Assembly: GCA_964606845.1 (NCBI GenBank)
Contig: CAZSIC010000006.1
Location: forward strand, 1-60,281
Direction: 5' to 3'
Source of the DNA: an uncultured Bacteroidales bacterium
GTDB taxonomy: Bacteria; Bacteroidota; Bacteroidia; Bacteroidales; UBA12077
DNA length: 60,281 bases
A program made the position numbers and the translations under genes. Below the pieces are notes generated by a model, which made no database searches, was not told the DNA's origin, and saw nothing but the letters and a program-made list of their open reading frames with translations. Of this stretch, positions 28,467 through 39,040 are shown one piece after another. Every line of letters starts with the position of its first letter. The stretch's first letter is position 1.

Positions 28467-28597
28467 AAGGTGAGAACGCCATAAGGAGACAGGCACTTTC
28501 GATAATCGAAATTACGGGTTGCTTATGTTTTCCCATCCTGATGCCCCGGAAATAATGTCTCTTTTCCGGTATTTGGATCGATGGTCGATCTCACCTT
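28467..28597 (-). ncRNA. Candidate structured ncRNA with double pseudoknot (family unrecognised)
   Basis: GC-richer island in an AT-rich intergenic region; closing stem AAGGUGAGA/UCUCACCUU, four hairpins and an internal stem, two 6-bp loop-to-3' pairings; TAAATTTG promoter box at 28604-28611. Confidence 0.65.
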
Positions 28598-28603
28598 TTT
28601 AAA

Positions 28604-28611
28604 CAAATTTA
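28604..28611 (-). promoter_or_regulatory. -7 promoter box upstream of the candidate ncRNA
   Basis: TAAATTTG 6 nt before the closing stem; same sequence and similar spacing as upstream of rnpB. Confidence 0.65.
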
Positions 28612-28661
28612 ATCAAAGAAATTAATAAATTAAAATTTTAGATTTTTTTTTAAAAAAACAA

Positions 28662-30683
28662 TTAATTATCAATAAGTTCAAGTGCATCTGCGAAAGATTT
28701 TACAGGCCTTTGGCATACATTATCCCGGCAAACATAAATGGTTAATTTTTCATTAGTATATCGATCCTCTAAAAGTGGCAAATTGCCATCATTACCACCA
28801 GCCAGAATAATATTGGGCATATACTGCCTAAAAAAGTTCTTCCGGGTTTCCTGATGTTTGTTTCCGACAATACATACCTCGTAGGGTTTATGAATAAATT
28901 GTATCATCAAATCAATCCAGTTGCCATTAAAATATGGGTTCCTCAATATTTGTTCTTTCATATTCAGCAGCATTTGGCCTGACTTTTGGATATAATCCGC
29001 TTTTAAAAAATAATGCCCCAGTTTAAATAAATTTTGTGCCATAACAGAATTGGATGAAGGAATAACGTTATCATTTAATTCTTTAGTTCTGGAAATTAAT
29101 TGAGGGTCATTATCAGATGTATAAAAAAACATGCCAGATTCGGCATCATAAAAATGCCGGATAATATACTCTGTAATATTTAATGCAGTATTGATATAAT
29201 ACTCATCAAATTTAGCCTGATAGATAGAAATCAGAGCATCAACCAATAAAACATAATCATCTAAAAAAGCATTAATGGTTGATTTTTTATTCTTATAGTT
29301 GCGAAAAAGGCTAAAATCACTATTGAGTAGATTATTTTCAATGAATTGAAAATTTCTCTCGGCCATTTTTAAAAAATGCTCATCATCAAAAACATTGTAT
29401 GCATCAGCATACGCTTTTAGGGTTAATGCATTCCACGATGTTAAAATTTTATCGTCTAAAGCAGGTTTTACACGTTTTAAGCGATGTTGAAACAGTTTCT
29501 TTTTCGATTGAAGTATAATTTCTTCTAGTTTTTCTAAGGATATGTTGTGCTTGCTGGCAATAACTTTATCAGGTTCTTTTCTATTTAAAATATTTTTGTC
29601 TTCCCAGTTTCCATCAGATGAAATATCAAAATAATCGCAAAAAATGGCTGCATCATCTTTTAATAATTCCTCTACTTCCTTTTTATCCCAAACATAATAT
29701 TTTCCTTCAACACCTTCACTATCAGCATCTAGAGATGAATAAAAACCACCTTCGGGTGAGGTTAATTCTCTTTCTACAAAACGGAGCGTTTCGTATACTA
29801 CTTTTTTATATTCCGGATCAGGATTTAATCGATAAGCTTCTGCGTAAAGACTTACCAGTTGTGCATTATCATAAAGCATTTTTTCAAAATGAGGTACCAG
29901 CCAGTATCTGTCGACCGCATATCGTGCAAAGCCTCCTCCCAGTTGATCGTATATGCCGCCTTTAGCCATTTTTTCTAAAGTTAACATAACCTGCTGTAAT
30001 ATCTCTTTCTCGCCAGAATGATAATAAAAATGCATCAAAAAGAAATAATTAACAGGTAATGGAAACTTAGGAGCCCCAATTGTTCCGCCATTTTCACGGT
30101 CGAATCTTTTTCTGGTATGAATCATTACGTTTAAAAGATCTTCATAAGCGAAATCAGCTTTATCATTTACCTTAGCAATTTTGTCTATGGAAACGATTCC
30201 CTGTTTCAAATCGTTTGCATATTTTTCGAACCGATCTTTATCTACTTCATAACCTCTGGCCAGTTTTTGTAAAATATCTTTCCATTGATCGGGCTTAAAA
30301 TAGGTCCCTCCAAATACTGGCCTCCCATCTGGCAATGCAAAGCAATTTAATGGCCATCCACCACTTCCGGTCATCAATTGCACTGCGTTCATATATATTT
30401 GATCAATATCCGGGCGCTCTTCCCTGTCAACTTTAATACAAACAAAATAATCGTTCATGATTTTTGCAATTTCATCGTTCTCAAACGATTCGCGTTCCAT
30501 TACATGGCACCAGTGACAGGCAGAATAGCCAATACTAACTAATATTAATTTGTTTTCATTTTGTGCTTTTGCTATAGCTTCATTATTCCAGGGATGCCAA
30601 TTAACCGGATTATGGGCGTGTTGCAGTAAATAAGGACTTGTTTCGTTGATTAAGTGGTTACTATATTTTTTATTTTTTTCCAT
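28662..30683 (-). CDS. YyaL/Ssp411 family thioredoxin-domain protein
   Basis: [64 protein letters not shown]. Confidence 0.95.
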   Translation of the reverse strand: MEKNKKYSNHLINETSPYLLQHAHNPVNWHPWNNEAIAKAQNENKLILVSIGYSACHWCHVMERESFENDEIAKIMNDYFVCIKVDREERPDIDQIYMNAVQLMTGSGGWPLNCFALPDGRPVFGGTYFKPDQWKDILQKLARGYEVDKDRFEKYANDLKQGIVSIDKIAKVNDKADFAYEDLLNVMIHTRKRFDRENGGTIGAPKFPLPVNYFFLMHFYYHSGEKEILQQVMLTLEKMAKGGIYDQLGGGFARYAVDRYWLVPHFEKMLYDNAQLVSLYAEAYRLNPDPEYKKVVYETLRFVERELTSPEGGFYSSLDADSEGVEGKYYVWDKKEVEELLKDDAAIFCDYFDISSDGNWEDKNILNRKEPDKVIASKHNISLEKLEEIILQSKKKLFQHRLKRVKPALDDKILTSWNALTLKAYADAYNVFDDEHFLKMAERNFQFIENNLLNSDFSLFRNYKNKKSTINAFLDDYVLLVDALISIYQAKFDEYYINTALNITEYIIRHFYDAESGMFFYTSDNDPQLISRTKELNDNVIPSSNSVMAQNLFKLGHYFLKADYIQKSGQMLLNMKEQILRNPYFNGNWIDLMIQFIHKPYEVCIVGNKHQETRKNFFRQYMPNIILAGGNDGNLPLLEDRYTNEKLTIYVCRDNVCQRPVKSFADALELIDN

Positions 30684-30908
30684 ATCGATACGGTATTTTA
30701 ATTACAAAACAAGAAGAGTAAGTTGAATGTTTAAATTAAAGATGAATAAAAGATAATTAATGAGGGTATGATTTGTATATTTTTTTAAGTATTTTAATCC
30801 TTTCATAAAATTAAAAATTGACATAAAATATCCAATCAGTCTATTTTTTTACAATATTTTCATTTATTTTTAGCCTTCAAAATTTTATCAAAAATTTTAT
30901 GTCATAAA

Positions 30909-31826
30909 ATGAATAAAGTATTAATCATTTATTACTCACAATCAGGACAATTAACAAATATTGTAAATAATTTTGCCAGGCCATTTGAAAATTCAGATCA
31001 TTATTCAGTTACCTATGCAAATATAAAACCTGTAAACGATTACCCTTTTCCCTGGCAGGGTTATGATTTTTTTGATGTTTTTCCAGAATCGGTGAATAAA
31101 ATTCCATGCGAAATAAAACCATTGGAACTGGAACATGAAGATTTTGATTTAATTGTATTTGCTTATACAGTATGGTATATGTCGCCATCAATCCCTTCCA
31201 ATTCGTTTTTACTGTCGGAACAAGCTAAGCGAATTTTTAAGGGTAAACCGGTTGTTACTTTATTGGGTGTAAGGAATATGTGGATTGTTGCACAGGAATA
31301 TGTGAAAGAGAAAATTGCAGCACTTGGAGGTAATCTGCTAGGTAATATTTGTTTGCGAGATAAAGCTGAAAATTTAACCGGTATTGTTTCCATTTCTTAC
31401 TTTTTATTTACAGGCAAAAAAGATCGATTGTGGGGTATTTTCCCAAAACCAGGCATTTCGGATAAAGATATTGAAGGTGCTGAAAATTTCGGAAAAATTG
31501 TTTTACAAAAATTTGATCAAAAAGATTTAGCTCATCTACAAGACGAATTAATTGAAAATAGAGCTGTAATTATAAAACCTTATTTACTATCGCTGGAAAA
31601 AACAGCTTCGAGGGTATTTAAAATATGGACTTCTTTTATGCTTAAAAAAGGCGGTCCCGAAAACTCCGCACGAAGATTTCGGGTTAGTTTATTCAGAGGT
31701 TATTTCCCGTTAGCCATAGGCTTGGTTGCACCATTAAAATATATTTTTTATGTGTTGTTAACACCTTTCTTTTTTTATAAACGAAACAAAGAAAAACGTT
31801 ACTACGCCCAAGTAAAACAAAAATAA
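30909..31826 (+). CDS. darA: Dialkylresorcinol condensing enzyme
   Basis: KVLIIYYSQSGQL, YPFPW...FFDVFPE, YTVWYMSPSIP, RNMW; directly upstream of a DarB-type ketosynthase. Confidence 0.85.
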   Translation: MNKVLIIYYSQSGQLTNIVNNFARPFENSDHYSVTYANIKPVNDYPFPWQGYDFFDVFPESVNKIPCEIKPLELEHEDFDLIVFAYTVWYMSPSIPSNSFLLSEQAKRIFKGKPVVTLLGVRNMWIVAQEYVKEKIAALGGNLLGNICLRDKAENLTGIVSISYFLFTGKKDRLWGIFPKPGISDKDIEGAENFGKIVLQKFDQKDLAHLQDELIENRAVIIKPYLLSLEKTASRVFKIWTSFMLKKGGPENSARRFRVSLFRGYFPLAIGLVAPLKYIFYVLLTPFFFYKRNKEKRYYAQVKQK

Positions 31827-31850
31827 ATTAGATTAAATGTTCGAGAAAAG

Positions 31851-32990
31851 ATGTTAAATAAAGTATATATAAATAATATTACCAAGTTTTTGCCCAACGA
31901 TCCTGTATTTAATGATGATATGGAGAATTTTCTGGGAAAAGTTAATGGGAAACCTTCACGGTCAAAATCTATTGTTTTGAGGCAAAATGGAATTAAAAAA
32001 AGATATTATGTAATTGATGATAATGGAGTTGTTAAGTTTTCAAATGCTGATCTAACGGCACTTGCAATCCAGAAACTTGAAAATAAGACCTTTTCTCTTA
32101 AAGATATTGGAGTATTATGTTGTGGCACTTCTATCGCCGACCAATTACTACCTTCTCATGCCTCGATGGTACATGGCAAACTAAATAATAAACCTGTTGA
32201 ATTATTTTCACCTTCAGGGGTTTGTTGTGCCGGAATGCATGCATTAAAATATGGCTATTTGTCTGTTATGTCAGGACAAACCCAAAATGCCGTTTGTACG
32301 GGTTCTGAAGTTATTTCTCCACTATTGCGTTCCGATAAATTTAGTAAAGAAGCTGAATGCACCAATCATTTGGAAAAAAATCCAATATTAGCATTCGAGA
32401 AAGATTTCCTGCGATGGATGTTATCTGATGGTGCTGCAGCAGTTCTACTTGAAAATAAGCCAAATAAATCAGGAATTTCCCTAAAATTAGAATGGATTGA
32501 AACCATTTCTTTTGCCAACGAAATGGAAGTTTGTATGTATGCCGGAGCAGAAAAAGACGAATCAGGTCAACTTGTTGGCTGGAAAGAAGTTGATCCGGAA
32601 ATTTGGCTTGAAAAGTCGATATTTTCTGTTAAACAGGATGTTAAATTGCTGGATAAAAATGTTGTTTCTCTTGGGGTACAATATTTGGTTGATATTTGTA
32701 AAAAAAATAGCATTACAGAAACTTCTATTGATTATTTCCTTCCTCACCTATCTTCCATGTATTTTAAACAAAAAGTCTATAATGAATTAGTATCGCAAGG
32801 ATTAGAGATACCTTACAAAAAGTGGGTTACAAATTTAGACCAGGTAGGAAATGTGGGTTCTGCATCGATCTACCTTATTTTAGAAGAATTATTTCATTCA
32901 GGGCAACTCAAAAAAGGAGAGAAAATTTTAATTCTTGTACCTGAAAGTAGTAGATTTTCCTATGCATTTGCTTACTTAACAGTTGTTTAA
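31851..32990 (+). CDS. darB: StlD/DarB family beta-ketosynthase III
   Basis: PSHASMVHG, SGVCCAG, FEKDFLRWMLSDGA, PHLSS, GNVGSAS, VPESSRF. Confidence 0.88.
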   Translation: MLNKVYINNITKFLPNDPVFNDDMENFLGKVNGKPSRSKSIVLRQNGIKKRYYVIDDNGVVKFSNADLTALAIQKLENKTFSLKDIGVLCCGTSIADQLLPSHASMVHGKLNNKPVELFSPSGVCCAGMHALKYGYLSVMSGQTQNAVCTGSEVISPLLRSDKFSKEAECTNHLEKNPILAFEKDFLRWMLSDGAAAVLLENKPNKSGISLKLEWIETISFANEMEVCMYAGAEKDESGQLVGWKEVDPEIWLEKSIFSVKQDVKLLDKNVVSLGVQYLVDICKKNSITETSIDYFLPHLSSMYFKQKVYNELVSQGLEIPYKKWVTNLDQVGNVGSASIYLILEELFHSGQLKKGEKILILVPESSRFSYAFAYLTVV

Positions 32991-33133
32991 CCGAATTTAA
33001 AAACAGATAATAACGCTTTAGAATTATGATAAAGTGTTTTTTTATTGAAATAGCTTTAAAGAATATATGGAGATTAAAATGCTTTTTATTATTTTTGATT
33101 AGCAGTGAATTATTAACCTATAAATTTTTTTAA

Positions 33134-34303
33134 ATGTTTAATATTGCACTATTTGGCCCTCCCGGGGCAGGAAAAGGCACTCAGTCCCGGAAGCTTATTG
33201 AAAAATACAACCTCGCCTATATTTCAACCGGTGATATTTTAAGAGAAGAAATTGCTGAAAGTTCTGACCTGGGAATGAGAGCAAAAAGTGTAATTGAAAA
33301 AGGAGAGCTTGTTTCCGATGAAATCATCGTACAGATTATTGAGAAAAAAATTAAAACAAACACCGAGGTAAACGGTTTCCTTTTCGATGGATTTCCTCGA
33401 ACCGTTGTTCAGGCTTACATTTTAGAAGGTTTGCTTATTAAAATGAATACAACCCTTAATTGTATGATAAGCCTTGAAGTTCCGCAGGATGTTTTAATGA
33501 AAAGAATGCAGGAAAGGGCAAAAAAAGAAAACAGGGCTGATGATACGGTTGATGTAATAAAAAACCGGTTGGAAGAATATAAAAACAAAACCGTTCCTGT
33601 AGCTGAATTTTACAAAGATAAAGGTATTTATTATGCAGTTGACGGTGTGGGAACGGTTGATGAAATTTTCGATCGAATTACCAATGTAGTTGAACATACC
33701 CTAACCAAAACCTGGCTTAATGTTGTACTATATGGCCCTCCAGGTTCGGGAAAAGGAACACAGGGAAAATTACTTGCCGACAAATATAATTTGGTCTATA
33801 TTTCTACAGGATCACTACTTCGTCGCGAAATTGAAAAAGGCACACAAATGGGACTGGCAGCTAAAGAATACATGGAAAAGGGAGATATTGTCCCGGACGA
33901 GTTTGCTATCAAGCTTATCGAAAAACAAATTAAATCACATCCTGAGGCAAATGGTTTCTTTTTTAAGGGATTCCCCCGAACGATTGTTCAAGCATATATT
34001 TTAGATGGTTTATTGCGAAGACTGAATTCTACGGTTTCATGCATTTTTAATTTAAATGTCCCTACCCTTGAATCAATCAAAAGATTATCGGCCAGAAGTA
34101 AAACCGATCAAAAAAGATATTATGATATGAATCTGGATGTAATCATCAGAAGATTAGAAAATTTTGAAAATCAAACCAAACCTGTTTTAGATTACTATTC
34201 GAAACAAAAAAGCATTTATCAGATTGACGGCGTAGGTTCTGAAGAAGAAGTTTTTAAACGATTATCCGAAAAAATGGAACTGGTATTTAAGCATGCTCGA
34301 TAA
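33134..34303 (+). CDS. adk: Adenylate kinase with two tandem Adk domains
   Basis: Domain 1: GPPGAGKGTQ, STGDILR, DGFPRT, RADD. Domain 2: GPPGSGKGTQ, STGSLLR, KGFPRT. Confidence 0.9.
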   Translation: MFNIALFGPPGAGKGTQSRKLIEKYNLAYISTGDILREEIAESSDLGMRAKSVIEKGELVSDEIIVQIIEKKIKTNTEVNGFLFDGFPRTVVQAYILEGLLIKMNTTLNCMISLEVPQDVLMKRMQERAKKENRADDTVDVIKNRLEEYKNKTVPVAEFYKDKGIYYAVDGVGTVDEIFDRITNVVEHTLTKTWLNVVLYGPPGSGKGTQGKLLADKYNLVYISTGSLLRREIEKGTQMGLAAKEYMEKGDIVPDEFAIKLIEKQIKSHPEANGFFFKGFPRTIVQAYILDGLLRRLNSTVSCIFNLNVPTLESIKRLSARSKTDQKRYYDMNLDVIIRRLENFENQTKPVLDYYSKQKSIYQIDGVGSEEEVFKRLSEKMELVFKHAR

Positions 34304-34305
34304 AA

Positions 34306-34340
34306 TACTAAAAGCTCCATTTTAGGAGCTTTTTTTAGTA
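34306..34340. terminator. Bidirectional intrinsic terminator
   Basis: AAAAGCTCC-ATTTTA-GGAGCTTTTTTT between convergent genes. Confidence 0.75.
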
Positions 34341-34676
34341 TAAATTTAAAACCTCGTCTATTTGTTCTCCCTTCTCGTTATAAAATAACGAATAAGCACC
34401 CAGCTCCTGCTCTGTACGCTCAATAATTAAATCAATACAAACTTCAGCACATGGCGTTTGATATTCATTATTCTGCAAATGGATACAAACGGTTTTTAAT
34501 TTTACGCCAATATCTTCGGGTTGGAGTTTGGGTGGTAAATAAGGCTTAATTTGATTGGTATCGTCACCAGCTAATGCATTGCCAATTAAGCCGCTTAAAC
34601 TGGTTAAAGCTCCTTCAATAAGCTGATCTTTTGTTTTATTTTGAAAAAATAAATTTTCAATCTTTTCTTTTAACAT
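34335..34676 (-). CDS. Hypothetical protein
   Basis: 113-aa ORF filling the gap between terminator and SDR gene; no motif recognised. Confidence 0.65.
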   Translation of the reverse strand: MLKEKIENLFFQNKTKDQLIEGALTSLSGLIGNALAGDDTNQIKPYLPPKLQPEDIGVKLKTVCIHLQNNEYQTPCAEVCIDLIIERTEQELGAYSLFYNEKGEQIDEVLNLY

Positions 34677-34762
34677 AAGGATTCTTTTTCAAGGTTTAAA
34701 TGATAAAGTAAGTAAAACTTTTTTAAATATTAAAATTTGAACTTATTTTATCTATTCACCTA

Positions 34763-35476
34763 TTAGGGAGTAGTGCTGCTTACAGGCAACACCTTGCCAT
34801 TAAAATATTTTTTCCCGTTTATGGCAAAGTCGTAAATAAATGTTGCCATTTCTTCTGGGTTCAAAGGAGCATTCATGCCGGGAAAAGCAGATTTTAGCAT
34901 TTCGGTATTCACAGCCCCCAATGCCAGGCTGTTAAACGCAATTTGTTTGTTTTTATATTCTTCGGCTAACGATTCAGTTAAATTGGCTAAACCAGCTTTA
35001 CTGGCGCTATAAACTGATAAACCAGGAAATTTAACACTCCCCTGAAAGCCTCCCATGCTGGAAATATTAATAACATGTTTTAGTCTTCCTTTTTTCAATA
35101 ATGGCAAAAGTTCCTGAATAATAATGGCCGGACTAATCATGTTAACCTGGAACGACTTTAATAATTCATCCGGTGATATTTCATGAAAAGGTTTATTAAC
35201 CAAAATCCCGGCATTGTTAATCAATATATCAATTGAATCAACATGATTTAATACTTCTTCTTTGAAAGATTCTTTCACCTTTTCAGGGTTTTCGATATTA
35301 AAAACGATGGTTCGGATTTTTGTTTTTAAATTTTCACGTATACAGGCATTTTTAAGCTCCTTTAATAAATCTTCGCTTCTTGCAAGAGCAATTACGGTAT
35401 TTTCTTCGTTGGCAGCAAAAAGCTTAGCTGTCTCAAAACCAATACCTTTGCTTGCTCCGGTAATTAAAATATTCAT
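34763..35476 (-). CDS. SDR family oxidoreductase
   Basis: ITGASKGIG, LINNAG, NISSMGG, YSASK. Confidence 0.93.
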   Translation of the reverse strand: MNILITGASKGIGFETAKLFAANEENTVIALARSEDLLKELKNACIRENLKTKIRTIVFNIENPEKVKESFKEEVLNHVDSIDILINNAGILVNKPFHEISPDELLKSFQVNMISPAIIIQELLPLLKKGRLKHVINISSMGGFQGSVKFPGLSVYSASKAGLANLTESLAEEYKNKQIAFNSLALGAVNTEMLKSAFPGMNAPLNPEEMATFIYDFAINGKKYFNGKVLPVSSTTP

Positions 35477-35563
35477 TTTTGCTTCTTTTTTCTAAATTTG
35501 ACACTGGAAAATTAACTATTTTTAATCATTTTATAAATTTGTTGACAAAATAAATAGATTCTT

Positions 35564-36196
35564 ATGAAAAATATTTTTGCGTATTTATTATTAATAATGC
35601 TTTTATTTTCATCTTTTGCCTACGGACAGAACAAAAATGAAAAGGATAAAAGTACTAAAAGTATAGAAACTCAAGAGATAAAAGAACCGTACTTTTTTTG
35701 GGGAGGAAATTTATGGTTGGCTTTTGGCAGCCTTAATATGGTTGATGTTAATTTAATAATTGGTAACCAAATAACAGAACGTTTAAGTGTTGGATTAAGT
35801 GGCAAATATCAATATTATAACGATAAAAGAAATGCATATATTAGTCCCACTTCCACTGGATTTAAAGCGCATACATATGGAGGAAGCGCATTTTTTCAAT
35901 TTGCTGTTGTTAAAGATTTCAGGGAGATTTTGCCGGTAAAAATGCATTCAGGACTAATTGCTCATGCCGAGTACGAATTTTTAAACACACGGTATAATTA
36001 CTTATATTTTCAAGACTTTCCCGATACCAGCAAAGACCGCTACTGGCTTCATAATGTTTTATTAGGAGGAGGATATTTTCAGCAGTTGGGGAAAAAAGCA
36101 AAAACTTGGGTTGTTTTGTTATGGAATGTGAATAAAACAGATGACAATCCTTATGAATATCCACAATTCAGGATCGGTTTTTCAATAGCCTTTTAA
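35564..36196 (+). CDS. Hypothetical outer-membrane beta-barrel protein
   Basis: Signal peptide, FFWGGNLWLAFG, HAEYE, C-terminal RIGFSIAF. Confidence 0.7.
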   Translation: MKNIFAYLLLIMLLFSSFAYGQNKNEKDKSTKSIETQEIKEPYFFWGGNLWLAFGSLNMVDVNLIIGNQITERLSVGLSGKYQYYNDKRNAYISPTSTGFKAHTYGGSAFFQFAVVKDFREILPVKMHSGLIAHAEYEFLNTRYNYLYFQDFPDTSKDRYWLHNVLLGGGYFQQLGKKAKTWVVLLWNVNKTDDNPYEYPQFRIGFSIAF

Positions 36197-36570
36197 TCAT
36201 CAAAAAATTTTGACATAATGGTTAGCAAGTTATCCGGCCTAATTGGCTTAGAAATATAATCATCGCATCCGGCATCCAGGCTTGCTTTTTCATCTTCTTC
36301 CATAGCATAAGCTGTTTGAGCAATTATGGGAAGATTTGGAAAATCTTTTTTGATCTCTATAGTAGCATCCAAACCGTTAATATCGGGCATTTTAATATCC
36401 ATCAAAACCATATCAACATTGTCTGATTTACAAACATCAATGGTTTCCCTGCCGGTTTTAGTCCAAATCACTTTGGCTTTGGTAGGTTTTAAAACAGCTT
36501 TTAAAAATAAAAAATTTATTTGCTCGTCTTCTGCTATTACAACAACTTTATCTTCCCAGTTTTTATTCAT
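36193..36570 (-). CDS. Single-domain response regulator (CheY-like)
   Basis: IAEDE, LMDIKMP, AQTAYA, YISKP. Confidence 0.93.
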   Translation of the reverse strand: MNKNWEDKVVVIAEDEQINFLFLKAVLKPTKAKVIWTKTGRETIDVCKSDNVDMVLMDIKMPDINGLDATIEIKKDFPNLPIIAQTAYAMEEDEKASLDAGCDDYISKPIRPDNLLTIMSKFFDD

Positions 36571-36637
36571 TGTTTATTGATTTCTTGGCAAGAGTAATAA
36601 AAAATTAAACGTAAACCAATATTTTTTCTTTATACGC

Positions 36638-36671
36638 AAAAAAGCGGATTATTGATATGAATAACCCGCTT
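36638..36671 (-). terminator. Intrinsic terminator after sucD
   Basis: Minus strand AAGCGGGTTATT-CATATC-AATAATCCGCTTTTTT. Confidence 0.7.
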
Positions 36672-36694
36672 GCAAATGTAACAAAAAGTTTGAT

Positions 36695-37567
36695 TTATTT
36701 TTTTAAAGCATCGATCATTTTTTCCCCAATTTCGGCAGGCGATTCAACAACATGTATTCCACACTGTTGCATAATTTCCATTTTAGCAGCAGCAGTGTCT
36801 CCTTTTCCACCAATTATTGCGCCTGCATGTCCCATTCTTCGGCCTTTAGGAGCAGTTTTTCCTGCAATAAATCCAACAACAGGCTTGGTTCCGTTTTCTT
36901 TAATCCATTCAGCGGCTTCAGCCTCCATGTTTCCTCCAATTTCACCAATTAATATGATGCCTTCTGTTTCTTTATCTTCCATTAATAGCTTTACCGCATC
37001 CAGTGTAGTGGTTCCAATGATTGGATCGCCGCCAATGCCAATACAAGTCGATTGTCCTAATCCTATTTTGGTTACCTGGTCAACAGCTTCGTATGTTAAA
37101 GTACCTGAACGCGAGATTATTCCAATCGTACCTTTTTTATGGATAAATCCCGGCATAATACCCACTTTTGCTTCTTCGGGAGTAATTATTCCCGGACAGT
37201 TTGGCCCAATCATCCGGCAATCTTTATCTTTTAAAAATTCTTTAACTTTTACCATATCCGATGTAGGGATTCCTTCAGTGATGGTTACAATTACTTTTAT
37301 GCCCGCATCGGCAGCTTCCATAATGGCATCAGCGGCAAAAGCTGGTGGTACAAAAATAACCGAAACATCGGCACCGGTTTTTTTAACAGCCTCTTCAACG
37401 GTATTAAATACCGGTTTATCAAGGTGCTTTTGCCCACCTTTGCCAGGAGTAACACCACCAACAACATTGGTTCCGTATTCAATCATTTGTTGGGCATGAA
37501 ATGTTCCTTCACTACCGGTAAATCCCTGAACGATTACTTTTGAATTTTTATTAACTAAAACACTCAT
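36695..37567 (-). CDS. sucD: Succinate--CoA ligase alpha subunit
   Basis: [46 protein letters not shown]. Confidence 0.97.
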   Translation of the reverse strand: MSVLVNKNSKVIVQGFTGSEGTFHAQQMIEYGTNVVGGVTPGKGGQKHLDKPVFNTVEEAVKKTGADVSVIFVPPAFAADAIMEAADAGIKVIVTITEGIPTSDMVKVKEFLKDKDCRMIGPNCPGIITPEEAKVGIMPGFIHKKGTIGIISRSGTLTYEAVDQVTKIGLGQSTCIGIGGDPIIGTTTLDAVKLLMEDKETEGIILIGEIGGNMEAEAAEWIKENGTKPVVGFIAGKTAPKGRRMGHAGAIIGGKGDTAAAKMEIMQQCGIHVVESPAEIGEKMIDALKK

Positions 37568-37596
37568 AATTATCTGTTTATATTTGTATAATCTAT

Positions 37597-38073
37597 TTAA
37601 AAACCAAGTTGATTGCTGCTTTCTTCTGCTTTATTTCTTCTAAATTCAATAAGCACGCCTACACAAAACTTTTCATTTTTATACTTTTCATTCTCCGGTA
37701 CAGATACTTCAATAATTAATTTTTTTGTTAAGGCATTTTTAAAATAAAAGTATTTTTCATATTTAAAATTAGCATTATCATATAAAATGGTTTGTTTTTC
37801 ATCATCTTCCTTTAATCTAACCCTAATGTCACCTAATTTTCGGTGTCCACTAACACTAATATAATACTCTTCTCCTCCATAAACCACAATACTAAAATTT
37901 GATTTCATTCGGGGAGTAAAAAGTGCACTGCGTGATTGTCGGCTATACAGGAAAGTGCGATCAGCCCAACGACAATTTTCAACATGATAATCAGTGCAAT
38001 CCTGAGCAAAAGATACCTCTTGAAACGAAGAAATAATTAATAGAAGTAATATTTTATGAACAATTGATTTCAT
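37597..38073 (-). CDS. Hypothetical secreted beta-rich protein
   Basis: Signal peptide (VSFA|QD), three Cys, ILYDN, LIIEV, FCVGVLI. Confidence 0.75.
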   Translation of the reverse strand: MKSIVHKILLLLIISSFQEVSFAQDCTDYHVENCRWADRTFLYSRQSRSALFTPRMKSNFSIVVYGGEEYYISVSGHRKLGDIRVRLKEDDEKQTILYDNANFKYEKYFYFKNALTKKLIIEVSVPENEKYKNEKFCVGVLIEFRRNKAEESSNQLGF

Positions 38074-38082
38074 TAAAAATGC

Positions 38083-39006
38083 TTAATTGATTGAATTTGT
38101 TATAATTTCATTTCTAAATTGATTAATCAACTTTTTTAATTCATTAAACTGGTTTTCAGTCATATGCAATTTGTCTCCACCCTCAATCAACAACTTATTA
38201 TCTTTATCCCGGCTTGTTTTTACAGGCTCTTTCTTGCTTTCCATTTGATTAAAAGCAGATAGTATTTTTTTGATATATTGCATTGCAAAATAAACATTTG
38301 GGTCACTTTTATACTCGTTTAAATTGTTGTATAAATTTTCAAATGTATATTTTTGATCAGCAATCTTCTGAATCGCGGGTGAATTTTCCTTATATTCATC
38401 AATAAAATTTACCGCAATATATAATCCTTCGATATAACTACCTGCAGAAACTGTTGCCAATACATGTTCTTTATTATTCGAAAGCATGTATCGGTAAAAT
38501 TCATCAGAATAGCTTTCTGATAAGTAAATTAGTGAATCTTCATTATTTAGATTGTTTTTTACTCTTCGAATAAACTGGTCTGTAAATGGTACATCAATGC
38601 GTAAATCTCTGTAAAGATTATGAATAGTTTCCATATATTCAGAAGCTTTGTTAATTTCCCTGTACAATGTAAGGTAACTTAAATCAGAAAGATAAACGCC
38701 TAGATTCAGCATTTTAGACTTGGTGTCGACATATTGTGGGTAATTACTTACGGGATTAACCAGATGGGGTTTAAAGTCTAATGATTCTTCCTGTCTGATG
38801 AAATTAAACATCTCTTTGGCAGAGGGAAACTGGTAATATATGTTTTTTAATTGTCGATGTTCTATACTATCGGGAAAATCCAATTGATTTGAAAAGCCTG
38901 TACTTTCCTGCTCGTTGCTTTTATCTGTTTTGCAACAATTAATCAAAACAATAATTAAAAAAAAGATTAACCAGGTTTTTAGGCTTAAAAATGTTTTGTG
39001 CTGCAT
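38083..39006 (-). CDS. Hypothetical helical lipoprotein
   Basis: Lipoprotein-like signal (LINCC), LNLGVYLSDLSY, GSYIEGLYIA, IADQK. Confidence 0.78.
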   Translation of the reverse strand: MQHKTFLSLKTWLIFFLIIVLINCCKTDKSNEQESTGFSNQLDFPDSIEHRQLKNIYYQFPSAKEMFNFIRQEESLDFKPHLVNPVSNYPQYVDTKSKMLNLGVYLSDLSYLTLYREINKASEYMETIHNLYRDLRIDVPFTDQFIRRVKNNLNNEDSLIYLSESYSDEFYRYMLSNNKEHVLATVSAGSYIEGLYIAVNFIDEYKENSPAIQKIADQKYTFENLYNNLNEYKSDPNVYFAMQYIKKILSAFNQMESKKEPVKTSRDKDNKLLIEGGDKLHMTENQFNELKKLINQFRNEIITNSIN

Positions 39007-39040
39007 TGGATCATTAATTTGAAATCAAAAATAGGAATTA

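Noticed and set aside
28507-28545. Resemblance of the candidate RNA to FMN (GGAUGGGA), SAM-I (GCAACC...GUGCC) or c-di-GMP-II (GGAAA...GCAACC) fragments
   Set aside because: Only short words match; the other conserved cores and stem order of those riboswitches are absent.
36657-37499. 280-aa ORF on the + strand
   Set aside because: Antisense shadow of sucD with no recognisable motifs.
36695-37567. sucD without adjacent sucC
   Set aside because: Separate sucC and sucD loci are common in Bacteroidota.
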